Shown in pieces: positions 9,689-18,749 of a DNA stretch of 57,140 nt. The notes below the pieces were generated by a model. That model searched no databases. It saw only the letters and a program-made list of their open reading frames with translations, and was not told where the DNA came from. How positions within the stretch are numbered: position 1 is the first letter of the stretch; each line of letters opens with the position of its first letter. The position numbers and the translations under genes were made by a program. Source of the DNA: Bacillota bacterium (lineage in GTDB: Bacteria > Bacillota > Clostridia > Oscillospirales > Ethanoligenentaceae). The stretch covers positions 1-57,140 of the forward strand of contig JAEWAE010000020.1 of NCBI GenBank assembly GCA_023391835.1. The letters are read 5' to 3'.

Positions 9689-10384
9689 TCAATTAAACTC
9701 CACCGGCACCGGGCCGGCCAGCGTGAGGCTCCCCGGCGTCACCGCGCACTCCCGGGCCAGCAGGTGCACGCCCGCCGCCCGGGCCTGACGCAGTGCGGCG
9801 CCGAATTCCGGCTGGGTGCTCCAATTGGGCTCAAAGCGCCGCACGCCCTGCATCTGGATGACAAAGACCAGGTAGGCAAGGTAGCCCTGTGCCGCGGCGA
9901 GGCAGGCTTCCCGCACATGTTTGAGCCCCCGCTCGGTGGGCGCGTCGGGGAAACGCGCCGTGCCGTCCGCCTCAAGGGTCACGCCCTTGATCTCGGCGAA
10001 AGCCCGGCGGGGGCCGCTTTCCAGATAAAAGTCGAAGCGGGAGCGGTCGAAAACCGTCTCGGGCCGCACAAGCGTCACCGGGCGCAACCCCGGCAGACGC
10101 AGCCGGCCCGCCGCCACCGCTTCGCCGAAAACCCGGTTGGGCGCCCGGGAGTCGAGGTTGATGAGCTTCCCCAGCCGGTCGACGCACACCAGTGTGAAGT
10201 GTGTGCGCCGGGCAGGGCCGGAAGCCGGCGCGAGCCACACGGGGTAACCCGGCACCAGCAGTTCCCGGCAGCGGCCGGTGTTGGGCACATGGGCGGTCAC
10301 TTCCGTTCCGTCCAGCTGGCACCGGGCCACGAACCGATTGGGCCGCGCGATAAATTCGGCCCGCCGCACCTCGCCGTATTCCAT
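9689..10384 (-). CDS. sfsA: sugar fermentation stimulation protein SfsA
   Basis: SfsA family N-terminus (RFVARCQLDGTEVTAHVPNTGR…) with a typical length of about 231 aa from the internal Met. Confidence 0.85.
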   Translation of the reverse strand: MEYGEVRRAEFIARPNRFVARCQLDGTEVTAHVPNTGRCRELLVPGYPVWLAPASGPARRTHFTLVCVDRLGKLINLDSRAPNRVFGEAVAAGRLRLPGLRPVTLVRPETVFDRSRFDFYLESGPRRAFAEIKGVTLEADGTARFPDAPTERGLKHVREACLAAAQGYLAYLVFVIQMQGVRRFEPNWSTQPEFGAALRQARAAGVHLLARECAVTPGSLTLAGPVPVEFN

Positions 10385-10522
10385 ACCGTATCCCGCCTTT
10401 TCGCGGCGGCTCCGGCCCGAGTCTTTCTTGGGACCGCCGTCGATTTCTCTTCCCATTATAAAGGCGGCGGCCGCCCGGCGCAACCGGCAGCGGCCGCCGC
10501 CTTATGTCAGAAGGAGACTGCC

Positions 10523-11509
10523 ATGCTCTGCGATTCCCCCTGTACCCTCTGCCCCCGCATGTGCCGCGCCGACCGGCGCACACAGACCGGTTTCTGCAAC
10601 TGCGGCCTGAAACCGAAGGTCGCCCGGGCCGCGCTCCATTTCTGGGAAGAACCCTGCCTGAGCGGCACCCGGGGCAGCGGCGCCGTCTTTTTCAGCGGTT
10701 GCACGCTGCGCTGCGGCTACTGCCAGAACGCTCGCATCAGCGCCGGCGGCTTCGGGGCGGAAATTTCCGAGGCCCGGCTCGCGGAAACATTCCTTGAGCT
10801 GCAGGAGCAGGGCGCCCACAACCTCAACCTCGTGACGGCCACGCAGTATCTGCCCGCGGTGCTGCGGGCGCTGGGCATGGCCCGCCCCCGGCTGCACATC
10901 CCGGTGGTCTATAACTGCGGCGGCTACGAGCGGGTGGAAACCATCCGCGCCCTGAAAGGCTGCGTGGATATATTTCTGCCCGATTTCAAATATATGAGCC
11001 CGGCTCTGGCGGGGCGGTATTCCCACGCGCCGGATTACCCCGCCGTCGCCGCGGCCGCCGTCAAAGAGATGGCCGCCCAGACGGGGGCGCCCGTTTTCGG
11101 CCCCGACGGGCTGATGCGTAGCGGGGTCATCGTACGCCATCTGGTGCTGCCCGGCGCCCGGCGGGATTCCATGGCCGTGCTGGGGTGGCTGCACGACAAT
11201 CTGCCCGCCGGTTCGTTCCTGCTCAGCCTGATGAGCCAGTATACGCCCTATCAGGCGGTCGACGGCTGCCCGGAGCTGAGCCGACGGGTCACGACTTTTG
11301 AATATGAGTCGGTGGTGCGGGAAGCGCTGCGCCTCGGGCTGACCGACGGTTACCGGCAGGAAAAGACCAGCGCCCGGGAAGAATACACCCCTCCCTTCGA
11401 CTTGGAGGGCGTGGTGCAGAGTGCGCCGTCGGAAGCGGACAAAAAAAGGCCCCTTCGGAGAAGGGGCGGGAATCAGAATATAAATAAAATGAAAGAGGAG
11501 GAGAAGTGA
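10523..11509 (+). CDS. radical SAM protein (PflA/anaerobic-activase-like, CxxxCxxC)
   Basis: The CGYCQN radical-SAM cluster motif follows an N-terminal Cys cluster, and an AAGGAG SD lies 6 nt upstream of the ATG. The long upstream extension in the ORF track overlaps sfsA on the other strand and is not coding. Confidence 0.8.
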   Translation: MLCDSPCTLCPRMCRADRRTQTGFCNCGLKPKVARAALHFWEEPCLSGTRGSGAVFFSGCTLRCGYCQNARISAGGFGAEISEARLAETFLELQEQGAHNLNLVTATQYLPAVLRALGMARPRLHIPVVYNCGGYERVETIRALKGCVDIFLPDFKYMSPALAGRYSHAPDYPAVAAAAVKEMAAQTGAPVFGPDGLMRSGVIVRHLVLPGARRDSMAVLGWLHDNLPAGSFLLSLMSQYTPYQAVDGCPELSRRVTTFEYESVVREALRLGLTDGYRQEKTSAREEYTPPFDLEGVVQSAPSEADKKRPLRRRGGNQNINKMKEEEK

Positions 11510-11538
11510 TGAAAAAGATCACGCTTATAGGATACCGG

Positions 11539-12951
11539 TCAGATATGAAATGCCTGTGAACATCCCGTAAACGAAGGGAAAATTCGATGTGAAATCTGTG
11601 TAAAGCCCGCGGTGAAATAGGACGCGCGGATGCCGGTGGCAATCTGGGCGGGCGTGGCCTGCGCCAGCACCCGTGTACCCGCGAAGCGGTAAAAGACCGC
11701 TCCCATGGCGGCGGTGCCAGTGACCTGCCCGACCGTACGGGAAAGATTGAGCAGACCCGAGGCCACGCCTCGCTGCTCAGGGCGGGCCGAAGCGATCACT
11801 TCGGCATTATTGGGCGTCTGGAAAAACGCGAGGCTGCCGTTGAAGCAGAAAAGCGTCACGGCAAAGCGCGCCACTCCGGTGTGCAGCGACAGGGTGGCCA
11901 TGGCGAACGTGCCGGCCGTAAAGGCAAGCACCCCCAGATTCATCACGCGAAACGAGCCGAAGCGGGCGGCCAGGCGGCTGGCCACGGGGGTGAAAATCGT
12001 GCAGCCCACCGGCCCCACGGTCATCAGCAGCCCGCACGTCAGTGTGGAATAGCCCAGCCCCTGCTGCAGGTAAAACGGCACGATCAGCCAGTTGCCGGTG
12101 ATGACCGTATACACCAGCACGCTCACCGCGAGGCTCGCACTGAACGTGCGGCCGCGGAACATCGACAGGCGCACCAGCGGCTCGGCGGCCCGGTGCTCCC
12201 GCACTAAAAAGCCGCCCAACAGCAGGGCGGCGCCTGCAAACAGCGCGGCCACCGACCCGGTGAAGCCCGTGTCCTCCGCCCGGGTGATGCCCAGCACGTA
12301 AAGCGACAGCGCCACGGTCAGCAACAGCATGCCCGCAAGGTCAAACCGTTCCCCCGCGGCGACAGGCGGCAGGGGCGGGAAAAGCAGGGCCAGCGCAAAG
12401 GCCGCGACCCCCAGCGGGATGTTGAAAAAGAAAAGTGCCCGCCAGCTGAAAAAGTGCAGCAGCACGCCGCCCACCGTCGGCCCCAGCGCAAACCCCACGG
12501 GCAGCATGGCGGTGACCATGGCCATGCTGCCGAGAATTTTTTCCCTGGGCATCAGGTCGCCCACCAGCGCGAAGGAAAGAGCCATCAGTACCGCGCCGCC
12601 CACCCCCTGCAGCGCACGCATGGCAATGAGCATGCCGATGGAGCGCGACAGCCCGCAGCCCAGGGCCGCGGCCGTGAAAACAGCCACCCCGATGAGAAAG
12701 ATGCCTTTTTTGCCCAGAATGTCGGCGATGCGCCCCACCCCGACGATCAGCGCCGTGACAGCCAGCATATAGCTGAGCATCACCCACTGCACGGACGAAA
12801 AGCCCGTGTGCAGCGTCTGAGAAATCGTCGGCAGGCCGATGTTGACGATATTGGTATCCACCGCCGCCATCAGCGTGCTCAGTGAGAGCACCAAAATGGT
12901 CCGCACCGGATGTTCCCGGCTGGCGGTCCCCGAAAAGGCCGTCCGTGTCAC
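11539..12951 (-). CDS. MFS transporter, DHA2/EmrB-like drug:H+ antiporter (14 TMS class)
   Basis: Hydrophobic periodicity and MFS motifs over 470 aa. A GAAAGGGG SD precedes the start. Confidence 0.85.
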   Translation of the reverse strand: MTRTAFSGTASREHPVRTILVLSLSTLMAAVDTNIVNIGLPTISQTLHTGFSSVQWVMLSYMLAVTALIVGVGRIADILGKKGIFLIGVAVFTAAALGCGLSRSIGMLIAMRALQGVGGAVLMALSFALVGDLMPREKILGSMAMVTAMLPVGFALGPTVGGVLLHFFSWRALFFFNIPLGVAAFALALLFPPLPPVAAGERFDLAGMLLLTVALSLYVLGITRAEDTGFTGSVAALFAGAALLLGGFLVREHRAAEPLVRLSMFRGRTFSASLAVSVLVYTVITGNWLIVPFYLQQGLGYSTLTCGLLMTVGPVGCTIFTPVASRLAARFGSFRVMNLGVLAFTAGTFAMATLSLHTGVARFAVTLFCFNGSLAFFQTPNNAEVIASARPEQRGVASGLLNLSRTVGQVTGTAAMGAVFYRFAGTRVLAQATPAQIATGIRASYFTAGFTQISHRIFPSFTGCSQAFHI

Positions 12952-13134
12952 ATGGCATAACCCCTTTCATCCGGCGCGGCATGCGTCTTTGTTATTGTAT
13001 ACTCTTCCCGCCCCCAAGGCAACGTCCGGCGGAAAAATCGGCTTCCGGCGGAATTTGTGGTATAATGGGCGAAAGAATATAGTCAGAAGGACGGACCGGG
13101 CGGCGCGCGGCACCCCCCGAAAGGAGTATGCTCT

Positions 13135-14016
13135 ATGGCTGACACACCTTTAAGACCCTCTGTGGGATTCATCGGCACCGGCGTGATGGGCGGCGGCATG
13201 GCGATGAATCTGCTGCGGGTGGGGTATCCGCTCACAGTCTATAACCGCACCCGGCAAAAGGCCGAGCCGCTGCTCAAAGCCGGCGCCGTGTGGGCCGAGA
13301 CTCCCGGCCGGCTCGCGGCGCAGGTCGATGTCGTCATTACCATGGTCGGCTACCCCCGCGACGTCCAAGAGCTCTATCTCGGCACGGACGGCATCCTCGC
13401 AAATGCCCGGCCAGGCACGCTTGCGATCGACATGACCACTTCCAAGCCCTCGCTCGCCGTCCGCATCGCGGCCGAGGCCGCACAGCGGGGCATCGACGCG
13501 CTGGACGCCCCGGTCTCCGGCGGGGACGTGGGCGCCCGGGACGGCACCCTTTCCGTCATGGCGGGCGGTAAAAAAGAAGCCTACGACCGGGCGCTGCCGC
13601 TTTTCGAGGCCATGGGCAAGACCCAGGTCTATCAGGGCGGGCCGGGGGCCGGCCAGCACGCCAAGATGTGCAACCAGATCGCTATCGCCGCCAACATCAT
13701 GGGCGTGTGCGAGGCGCTGGGCTACGCCGAGCACGCCGGGCTCGACCCCGAGACCATGCTGCGTTCGGTGGGCGGCGGGGCCGCGGCGAGCTGGCAGCTG
13801 GCGGCCTACGCGCCCCGTATTCTCAAAGGCGACTACAAGCCCGGCTTCTATGTCAAGCACTTTATCAAGGATATGCGCATCGCACTGGAAGAGGCCCACG
13901 CCATGGGGATGGAAACCCCGGCGCTTGCGCTCGCCGAGTCGCTTTACGAGAAGCTGTCGGCGCAGGGCATGGACAACGACGGCACCCAGGCGCTTTTCCG
14001 CCTTTATGAGCCCTGA
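13135..14016 (+). CDS. NAD(P)-dependent oxidoreductase, 3-hydroxyisobutyrate/2-hydroxy-3-oxopropionate reductase family
   Basis: A Rossmann GxGxxG (GFIGTGVMGG) and the HIBADH catalytic region (…DAPVSGG…) are present. Confidence 0.85.
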   Translation: MADTPLRPSVGFIGTGVMGGGMAMNLLRVGYPLTVYNRTRQKAEPLLKAGAVWAETPGRLAAQVDVVITMVGYPRDVQELYLGTDGILANARPGTLAIDMTTSKPSLAVRIAAEAAQRGIDALDAPVSGGDVGARDGTLSVMAGGKKEAYDRALPLFEAMGKTQVYQGGPGAGQHAKMCNQIAIAANIMGVCEALGYAEHAGLDPETMLRSVGGGAAASWQLAAYAPRILKGDYKPGFYVKHFIKDMRIALEEAHAMGMETPALALAESLYEKLSAQGMDNDGTQALFRLYEP

Positions 14017-14271
14017 CGGGCATGCCGTTTAGCCTTCTCACATTGCCCGGGATACTGCGCGGGGTACGGGGTACAATGATACTCTGTTTCACCAAAAGAG
14101 TGAATTGGCGCTGTAAACGCCGCCTGTCGTTTTACGGCAGGTATAAAAGTGTGGATTTTATCCGCATTCTTGCAATAATTTGATCGCATGAAGGCGAGTT
14201 TCCGTGTTATGTCAACCAATTTCAGATAACTGGGGCGGCCGTGACGGGCCGTTTCCGGACGGGGATATCGT

Positions 14272-16101
14272 ATGACGTGGGAATCTGTCCTGCAGGCGGT
14301 GAACCGCCTTTTTCAGCAGACGGGCACGCTTTTCCGTTCCGCCCCCTCCTCCTGGCAGGGAGCGCTGGGGAATTCGGCCGTCTATTATACCATGGCCGTG
14401 CGCTGGATACTGCCGGTGCTGGCGCTGCTGATCGTGCTGCGCTGCGTGCTGCCGCTGGCAGGCGGGCGGCGCGCGCGGCGGGAATGGGGCAGCCTGATCA
14501 TGCCCGGCGGGCAGCCGCTGCCTCTGACCCATTGGGAAAATTCCGTCGGCCGCAGCCGCCTGAGCGACGTGGTCATCCGGCTGCCCTTTATTTCGCGCAG
14601 CCACGCGGTGGTCACCTTCCGCGACGGGGAATGGTCGGTGGCCGACCTGGGCTCCAAGGGCGGCGTGAAGGTCAACGGTCGGCCCGCCGAGGCGTGCACG
14701 CCGCTTCATTCGGGCGACACGCTGTCGCTGGCCGGGCTGGATCTGATTTTCCGTGACCGGCAGACCGAGGCCCCGGCGGAGCCGGCGGGGCACGCGGCAT
14801 GGGGCCGGCCATACCCGGCCGCTACGCTGCTGATGCTGACGGTCTTCCAGCTGCTGGGTGCCTTCCAGCTGTGCTTTGCCAAGGGCGGCACGGTCGCGGG
14901 GCAGACGCTGCCGGTTTTCGCCATATTCATCGGCACCGAGTGGCTCTATCTGGCTCTGGCCCGGTGGCGGCGGGTCTTTTCGGAGCTGGAGCTGCTGGCA
15001 TTTTTCCTGTGCGGCGTGGGGCTGTGGGGGGTGGCGGCCGCCGCGCCAGCCCAGCTCGGCCGGCAGGCGGCGGCTATCCTGCTGGGGCTTGCGGCTTTTT
15101 CGGCGCTTGGCTGGCTCATCCGGGATCTTGACCGGGCGCGCACGCTACGCCTAGTGCTGCTCGCGGCCGCGGTGCTGCTGATGATCGCCAACCTGCTGCT
15201 GGCGCACACAGTCAACGGCGCGCGCAACTGGATCATCCTGGGGCCGGTGCGGTTCCAGCCCATGGAGTTTGTCAAGATCGCCTTTGTCTTTTCAGGCGCG
15301 GCGACGCTCGACCATCTGCTCACCACCCGCAGCCTGACCTCTTTCCTGATTTTCACCGGGGCGTGCATCGGCACGCTGGCCTTCATCAAGGATTTCGGCA
15401 CGGCGCTGATCTTTTTCTGCGCGTTTCTGGTCATCGCTTTCATGCGTTCCGGCGACTGGCGGACTCTTGCGCTGATACTCGCGGGCGCGGGGCTGGGCGG
15501 CGGCGCCGTCGTCACCTTCATCCCCTATGTATCCTCCCGGTTTTCGACGTGGGGCCATGTCTGGCAGCACGCGGATTCCACCGGGTTCCAGCAGACCCGC
15601 ACGATGATCGCGCTGGCAAGCGGCGGGCTGCTGGGTGTGGGCGGCGGCAAGGGGTATCTAGTCAAAGTCGCGGCCGCCGACACCGACCTGGTTTTCGGCG
15701 TCATCGGGGAAGAGTGGGGGCTTGTCATCGCGGGGCTTGCGGTGCTGGTGGTCGCCTTCTGGGCGTTTTACGCCTTCTCGCGGGTGGAGGGCTGCCGCTC
15801 CTCCTTTTACGCCATCGCCTCCTGCGGAGCCGCCGCCATTCTGCTGATGCAGACGGCTCTCAATATGTTCGGCTCGGTGGATATCCTGCCGCTGACGGGC
15901 GTGACGCTGCCCTTTGTGTCAAACGGCGGCTCGTCGATGGTGGTGTGCTGGTGCCTGCTGGCGCTTATCAAATCCGCCGACCGGCGTTTCGGCACCGAAA
16001 AACCGCCCCGGCGGGGCTATGCCGCCGCACGGGACGGGGGAGACGCGGACGGCAGGGACGAAACCGATGACACCCTGGATGAAACGAGGCCGATTCCATG
16101 A
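14272..16101 (+). CDS. FHA-domain-fused FtsW/RodA/SpoVE (SEDS) family peptidoglycan glycosyltransferase
   Basis: An N-terminal FHA domain (…SRSHAVVTFRDGEWSVADLGSKGGVKVNG…) is followed by about 10 TM SEDS helices. Confidence 0.85.
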   Translation: MTWESVLQAVNRLFQQTGTLFRSAPSSWQGALGNSAVYYTMAVRWILPVLALLIVLRCVLPLAGGRRARREWGSLIMPGGQPLPLTHWENSVGRSRLSDVVIRLPFISRSHAVVTFRDGEWSVADLGSKGGVKVNGRPAEACTPLHSGDTLSLAGLDLIFRDRQTEAPAEPAGHAAWGRPYPAATLLMLTVFQLLGAFQLCFAKGGTVAGQTLPVFAIFIGTEWLYLALARWRRVFSELELLAFFLCGVGLWGVAAAAPAQLGRQAAAILLGLAAFSALGWLIRDLDRARTLRLVLLAAAVLLMIANLLLAHTVNGARNWIILGPVRFQPMEFVKIAFVFSGAATLDHLLTTRSLTSFLIFTGACIGTLAFIKDFGTALIFFCAFLVIAFMRSGDWRTLALILAGAGLGGGAVVTFIPYVSSRFSTWGHVWQHADSTGFQQTRTMIALASGGLLGVGGGKGYLVKVAAADTDLVFGVIGEEWGLVIAGLAVLVVAFWAFYAFSRVEGCRSSFYAIASCGAAAILLMQTALNMFGSVDILPLTGVTLPFVSNGGSSMVVCWCLLALIKSADRRFGTEKPPRRGYAAARDGGDADGRDETDDTLDETRPIP

Positions 16102-17438
16102 AGATACTTTCCCGGCGCGGGGCCATTCTGCTGGCGTTTCTGCTGGCCTTTTTGGTCGGTTTCGGCGTATTCGCACGCGATTACACGGCCAAGGCCGCCA
16201 CTTGGGTGAAATACCCCGCCAACAAGCATTATTATGTCAACGGCCAGCCCATCGTGGGCACGGTTTATGACCGCAACGGCCAGGTGCTGGCCCAGACAGT
16301 GGGCGGCGTGCGCAAATATAACGCGAACGCCGTCATCCGCACCGCGCTGATGCAAGATATCGGCGACTCGGCGGGCAATGTTTCCACCGGCGTGCAGGTG
16401 GTTTTCGCCAACCGGCTCAGCGGCTGGAACCTGGTGAACGGGGCCTTCCGGCTGAACACCGCAGGCAAGGATATCCGCCTGACCCTCGACGCCGACCTGT
16501 GCGCCACGGCCTATCAGGCGCTGGCGGGGCGCAGCGGCACGGTGGGGGTCTATAATTACCGCACGGGCGAAATCCTGTGCATGGCCAGTTCTCCCTCTTT
16601 CGACCCCGAAAATCCGCCGGACGTGAAGGCAAACGCCGCGGTCTACGAGGGGGTCTATCGCAATCGCTTCCTGTCGGGCACCTATACACCGGGGTCGGTG
16701 TTCAAACTGGTCACCTCTGCGGCGGCCATCGACACCATCTCGGATATCAACCAGAAGACTTATACCTGCACCGGCGTGCTCACGATCGGGCCGGATAAGG
16801 TCACCTGCCCCGAGGTGCACGGCACGGTGAATTTTAAGGAGGCGCTGGCCGACTCCTGCAACGTGGCCTTCGGCCAGATTGCCTTGCAGTTGGGCAGCTC
16901 GACGCTGCAAAGCTACGCCGAAAAAGCCGGATTCAATTCCGCTCTGAAGGTGGACGGCATCCCCACCGTGGCGGGGAAAGTGGATCTTTCCAAGGCCAAG
17001 GGAGCCAATCTCGCCTGGGCGGGCATCGGGCAATACACCGACACGGCCAATCCGCTCAATTTCATGGCCTATGTGGGGGCCATCGCCAACGGCGGCGTGC
17101 GGGTCGATCCGCGTATCCTCACCGACTCCACAAGCCCCACCGCGCAGGTGCTTTCCGCCCCCACGGCCAAGCAGTTGGGCGACATGATGCGCAACGACGT
17201 GGTGAGCAATTACGGCGACAGCCGATTCAAAGGGCTGCAGCTATGTGCCAAAACCGGCACCGCCCAGCTGGCGCCGGGGCAGAAATCCGACTCGTGGTTT
17301 GCGGGCTACATGGCCCGCAGCGACTGCCCGCTGGCCTTCGTGGTGGTGGTGGAACACGGCGGCTGGGGCATTTCGGCCGCGTCGCCCATCGCAGGCACGG
17401 TGCTGCAGGCCGCCGTAAAAAAATATGCCGGGAAATGA
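16098..17438 (+). CDS. class B penicillin-binding protein (transpeptidase), translationally coupled to upstream SEDS gene
   Basis: SxxK (SVFK), SxN and KTG(T) motifs are present with an N-terminal TM anchor. There is a 4-nt ATGA overlap with the upstream gene. Confidence 0.85.
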   Translation: MKILSRRGAILLAFLLAFLVGFGVFARDYTAKAATWVKYPANKHYYVNGQPIVGTVYDRNGQVLAQTVGGVRKYNANAVIRTALMQDIGDSAGNVSTGVQVVFANRLSGWNLVNGAFRLNTAGKDIRLTLDADLCATAYQALAGRSGTVGVYNYRTGEILCMASSPSFDPENPPDVKANAAVYEGVYRNRFLSGTYTPGSVFKLVTSAAAIDTISDINQKTYTCTGVLTIGPDKVTCPEVHGTVNFKEALADSCNVAFGQIALQLGSSTLQSYAEKAGFNSALKVDGIPTVAGKVDLSKAKGANLAWAGIGQYTDTANPLNFMAYVGAIANGGVRVDPRILTDSTSPTAQVLSAPTAKQLGDMMRNDVVSNYGDSRFKGLQLCAKTGTAQLAPGQKSDSWFAGYMARSDCPLAFVVVVEHGGWGISAASPIAGTVLQAAVKKYAGK

Positions 17439-17442
17439 CCGG

Positions 17443-18552
17443 TCAGAATATTTCGCGCCCCGCGAGCTTATAGTCGGCCAGCGCGAGCTTGTGCGGGATG
17501 TCGAGCCCATAGGGGCACGCGGGCAGGCATTTGCCGCAGCCGGTGCAGGCGTCGACCCGTACCGTCAGGCGGGCATAGCGGTCACGGGCGAGCTGCCGGT
17601 TGCCGAACCAGTATTTGAGCCGCTCGGCCAGCGCGTATTCGGCGGTGTTTTCCACCTCGCCCCGGGCCATCTGACGGTCGTAATACCCCTCGCAGGCAAA
17701 AACTTCCGGGATGTCGATGCCCTCGGGGCATGTGCAGCGGCCGCACTGACGGCAGACGTAATGGCCGAGCTCCGGCGCCGACCGGAAAAGCGCCTGCTCT
17801 TCCTCCGGGGTCATGGGCCGGTACTGCTCCGCCCAGGCGAGATCCTGCGTGAGCATCCGTTCGCTGTTGACGCCCGTGACCACCACCGACACCGGGCGGC
17901 TGAAAGCATAACGGAACGCCTGCTCCGGCGAGCGATAGAGAAACCCGTCGGCCAGCGGCTTCATCAGGATGACGCCCGCCTGCTTCTGACGGGCAAGCGG
18001 CAGCAGATCGTTCTCGATTTCGGGGTAATTGAAGCGGTCGTAATAGTTGACCGTCGTCATCACCGCGTCGAAACGGTCCCGCCGCAGGGCCTCGGTCAGC
18101 GGGCCCGGCCACCCGTGCATGGATATGCCCACGAAACGGATTTTTCCGGCCTTTTTGGCCTCCATCGCCGCCTCGTAAGCGCCGCCCGGGGCGAGGATCG
18201 TGTCAAGCTCGCCGACAGAGGCCACGGCGTGCATCAGCAGCCCGTCGAGCCAGTCGGCGCCCAGATCCCGCAGGATGGTATCGATTTCCTTTGCCGCCCC
18301 GGCCTTGTCGCGGGCGTTGATTTTGGAAACCAGAATGAACTCGTCGCGCCGCCGCATGACCGCGCGGCCGATTTTCCGTTCGGATTCCCCGTCGCCGTAG
18401 CTGTGGGCTGTCTCGATGTAATTGCCCCCCGCGTCCAGATAGCGGTTGAGCAGTTTTTCCGCCTCCCGGGCCGGGATTTCCAGCAAATGGTACCCTCCGA
18501 AACCCAGAATCGACGTCCGCAGGCCGGTTTTGCCAAATTCTCGGTATTCCAT
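17443..18552 (-). CDS. aldo/keto reductase fused to C-terminal 4Fe-4S ferredoxin domain
   Basis: An AKR N-terminus (…EFGKTGLRTSILGFGG…) is followed by two CxxCxxCxxxCP clusters. A GGAGGA SD precedes the internal ATG at 18552. Confidence 0.8.
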   Translation of the reverse strand: MEYREFGKTGLRTSILGFGGYHLLEIPAREAEKLLNRYLDAGGNYIETAHSYGDGESERKIGRAVMRRRDEFILVSKINARDKAGAAKEIDTILRDLGADWLDGLLMHAVASVGELDTILAPGGAYEAAMEAKKAGKIRFVGISMHGWPGPLTEALRRDRFDAVMTTVNYYDRFNYPEIENDLLPLARQKQAGVILMKPLADGFLYRSPEQAFRYAFSRPVSVVVTGVNSERMLTQDLAWAEQYRPMTPEEEQALFRSAPELGHYVCRQCGRCTCPEGIDIPEVFACEGYYDRQMARGEVENTAEYALAERLKYWFGNRQLARDRYARLTVRVDACTGCGKCLPACPYGLDIPHKLALADYKLAGREIF

Positions 18553-18749
18553 GGAATACTTTCCTCCGCTTCCGGGCCGGATGAGCTGCTTCACGGCCCT
18601 TTTGGCCTCATTATAACACAATCGGCCCCGCCGGCATACTGCAAAATTGCGTATCCGCAAAGTCCAGAAAGTTGCCGGCGGGGAGCCGGGATGCTGTACT
18701 GAAAAGGTACGGCTGATTCATGCGATTTCTGTCGAGGGGACTTCTATGC

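Noticed and set aside
9764-10522. 5' extension of the radical-SAM ORF back to 9764
   Set aside because: It overlaps sfsA on the opposite strand. A good SD and an ATG at 10523 mark the true start, and the conserved Cys motifs begin there.
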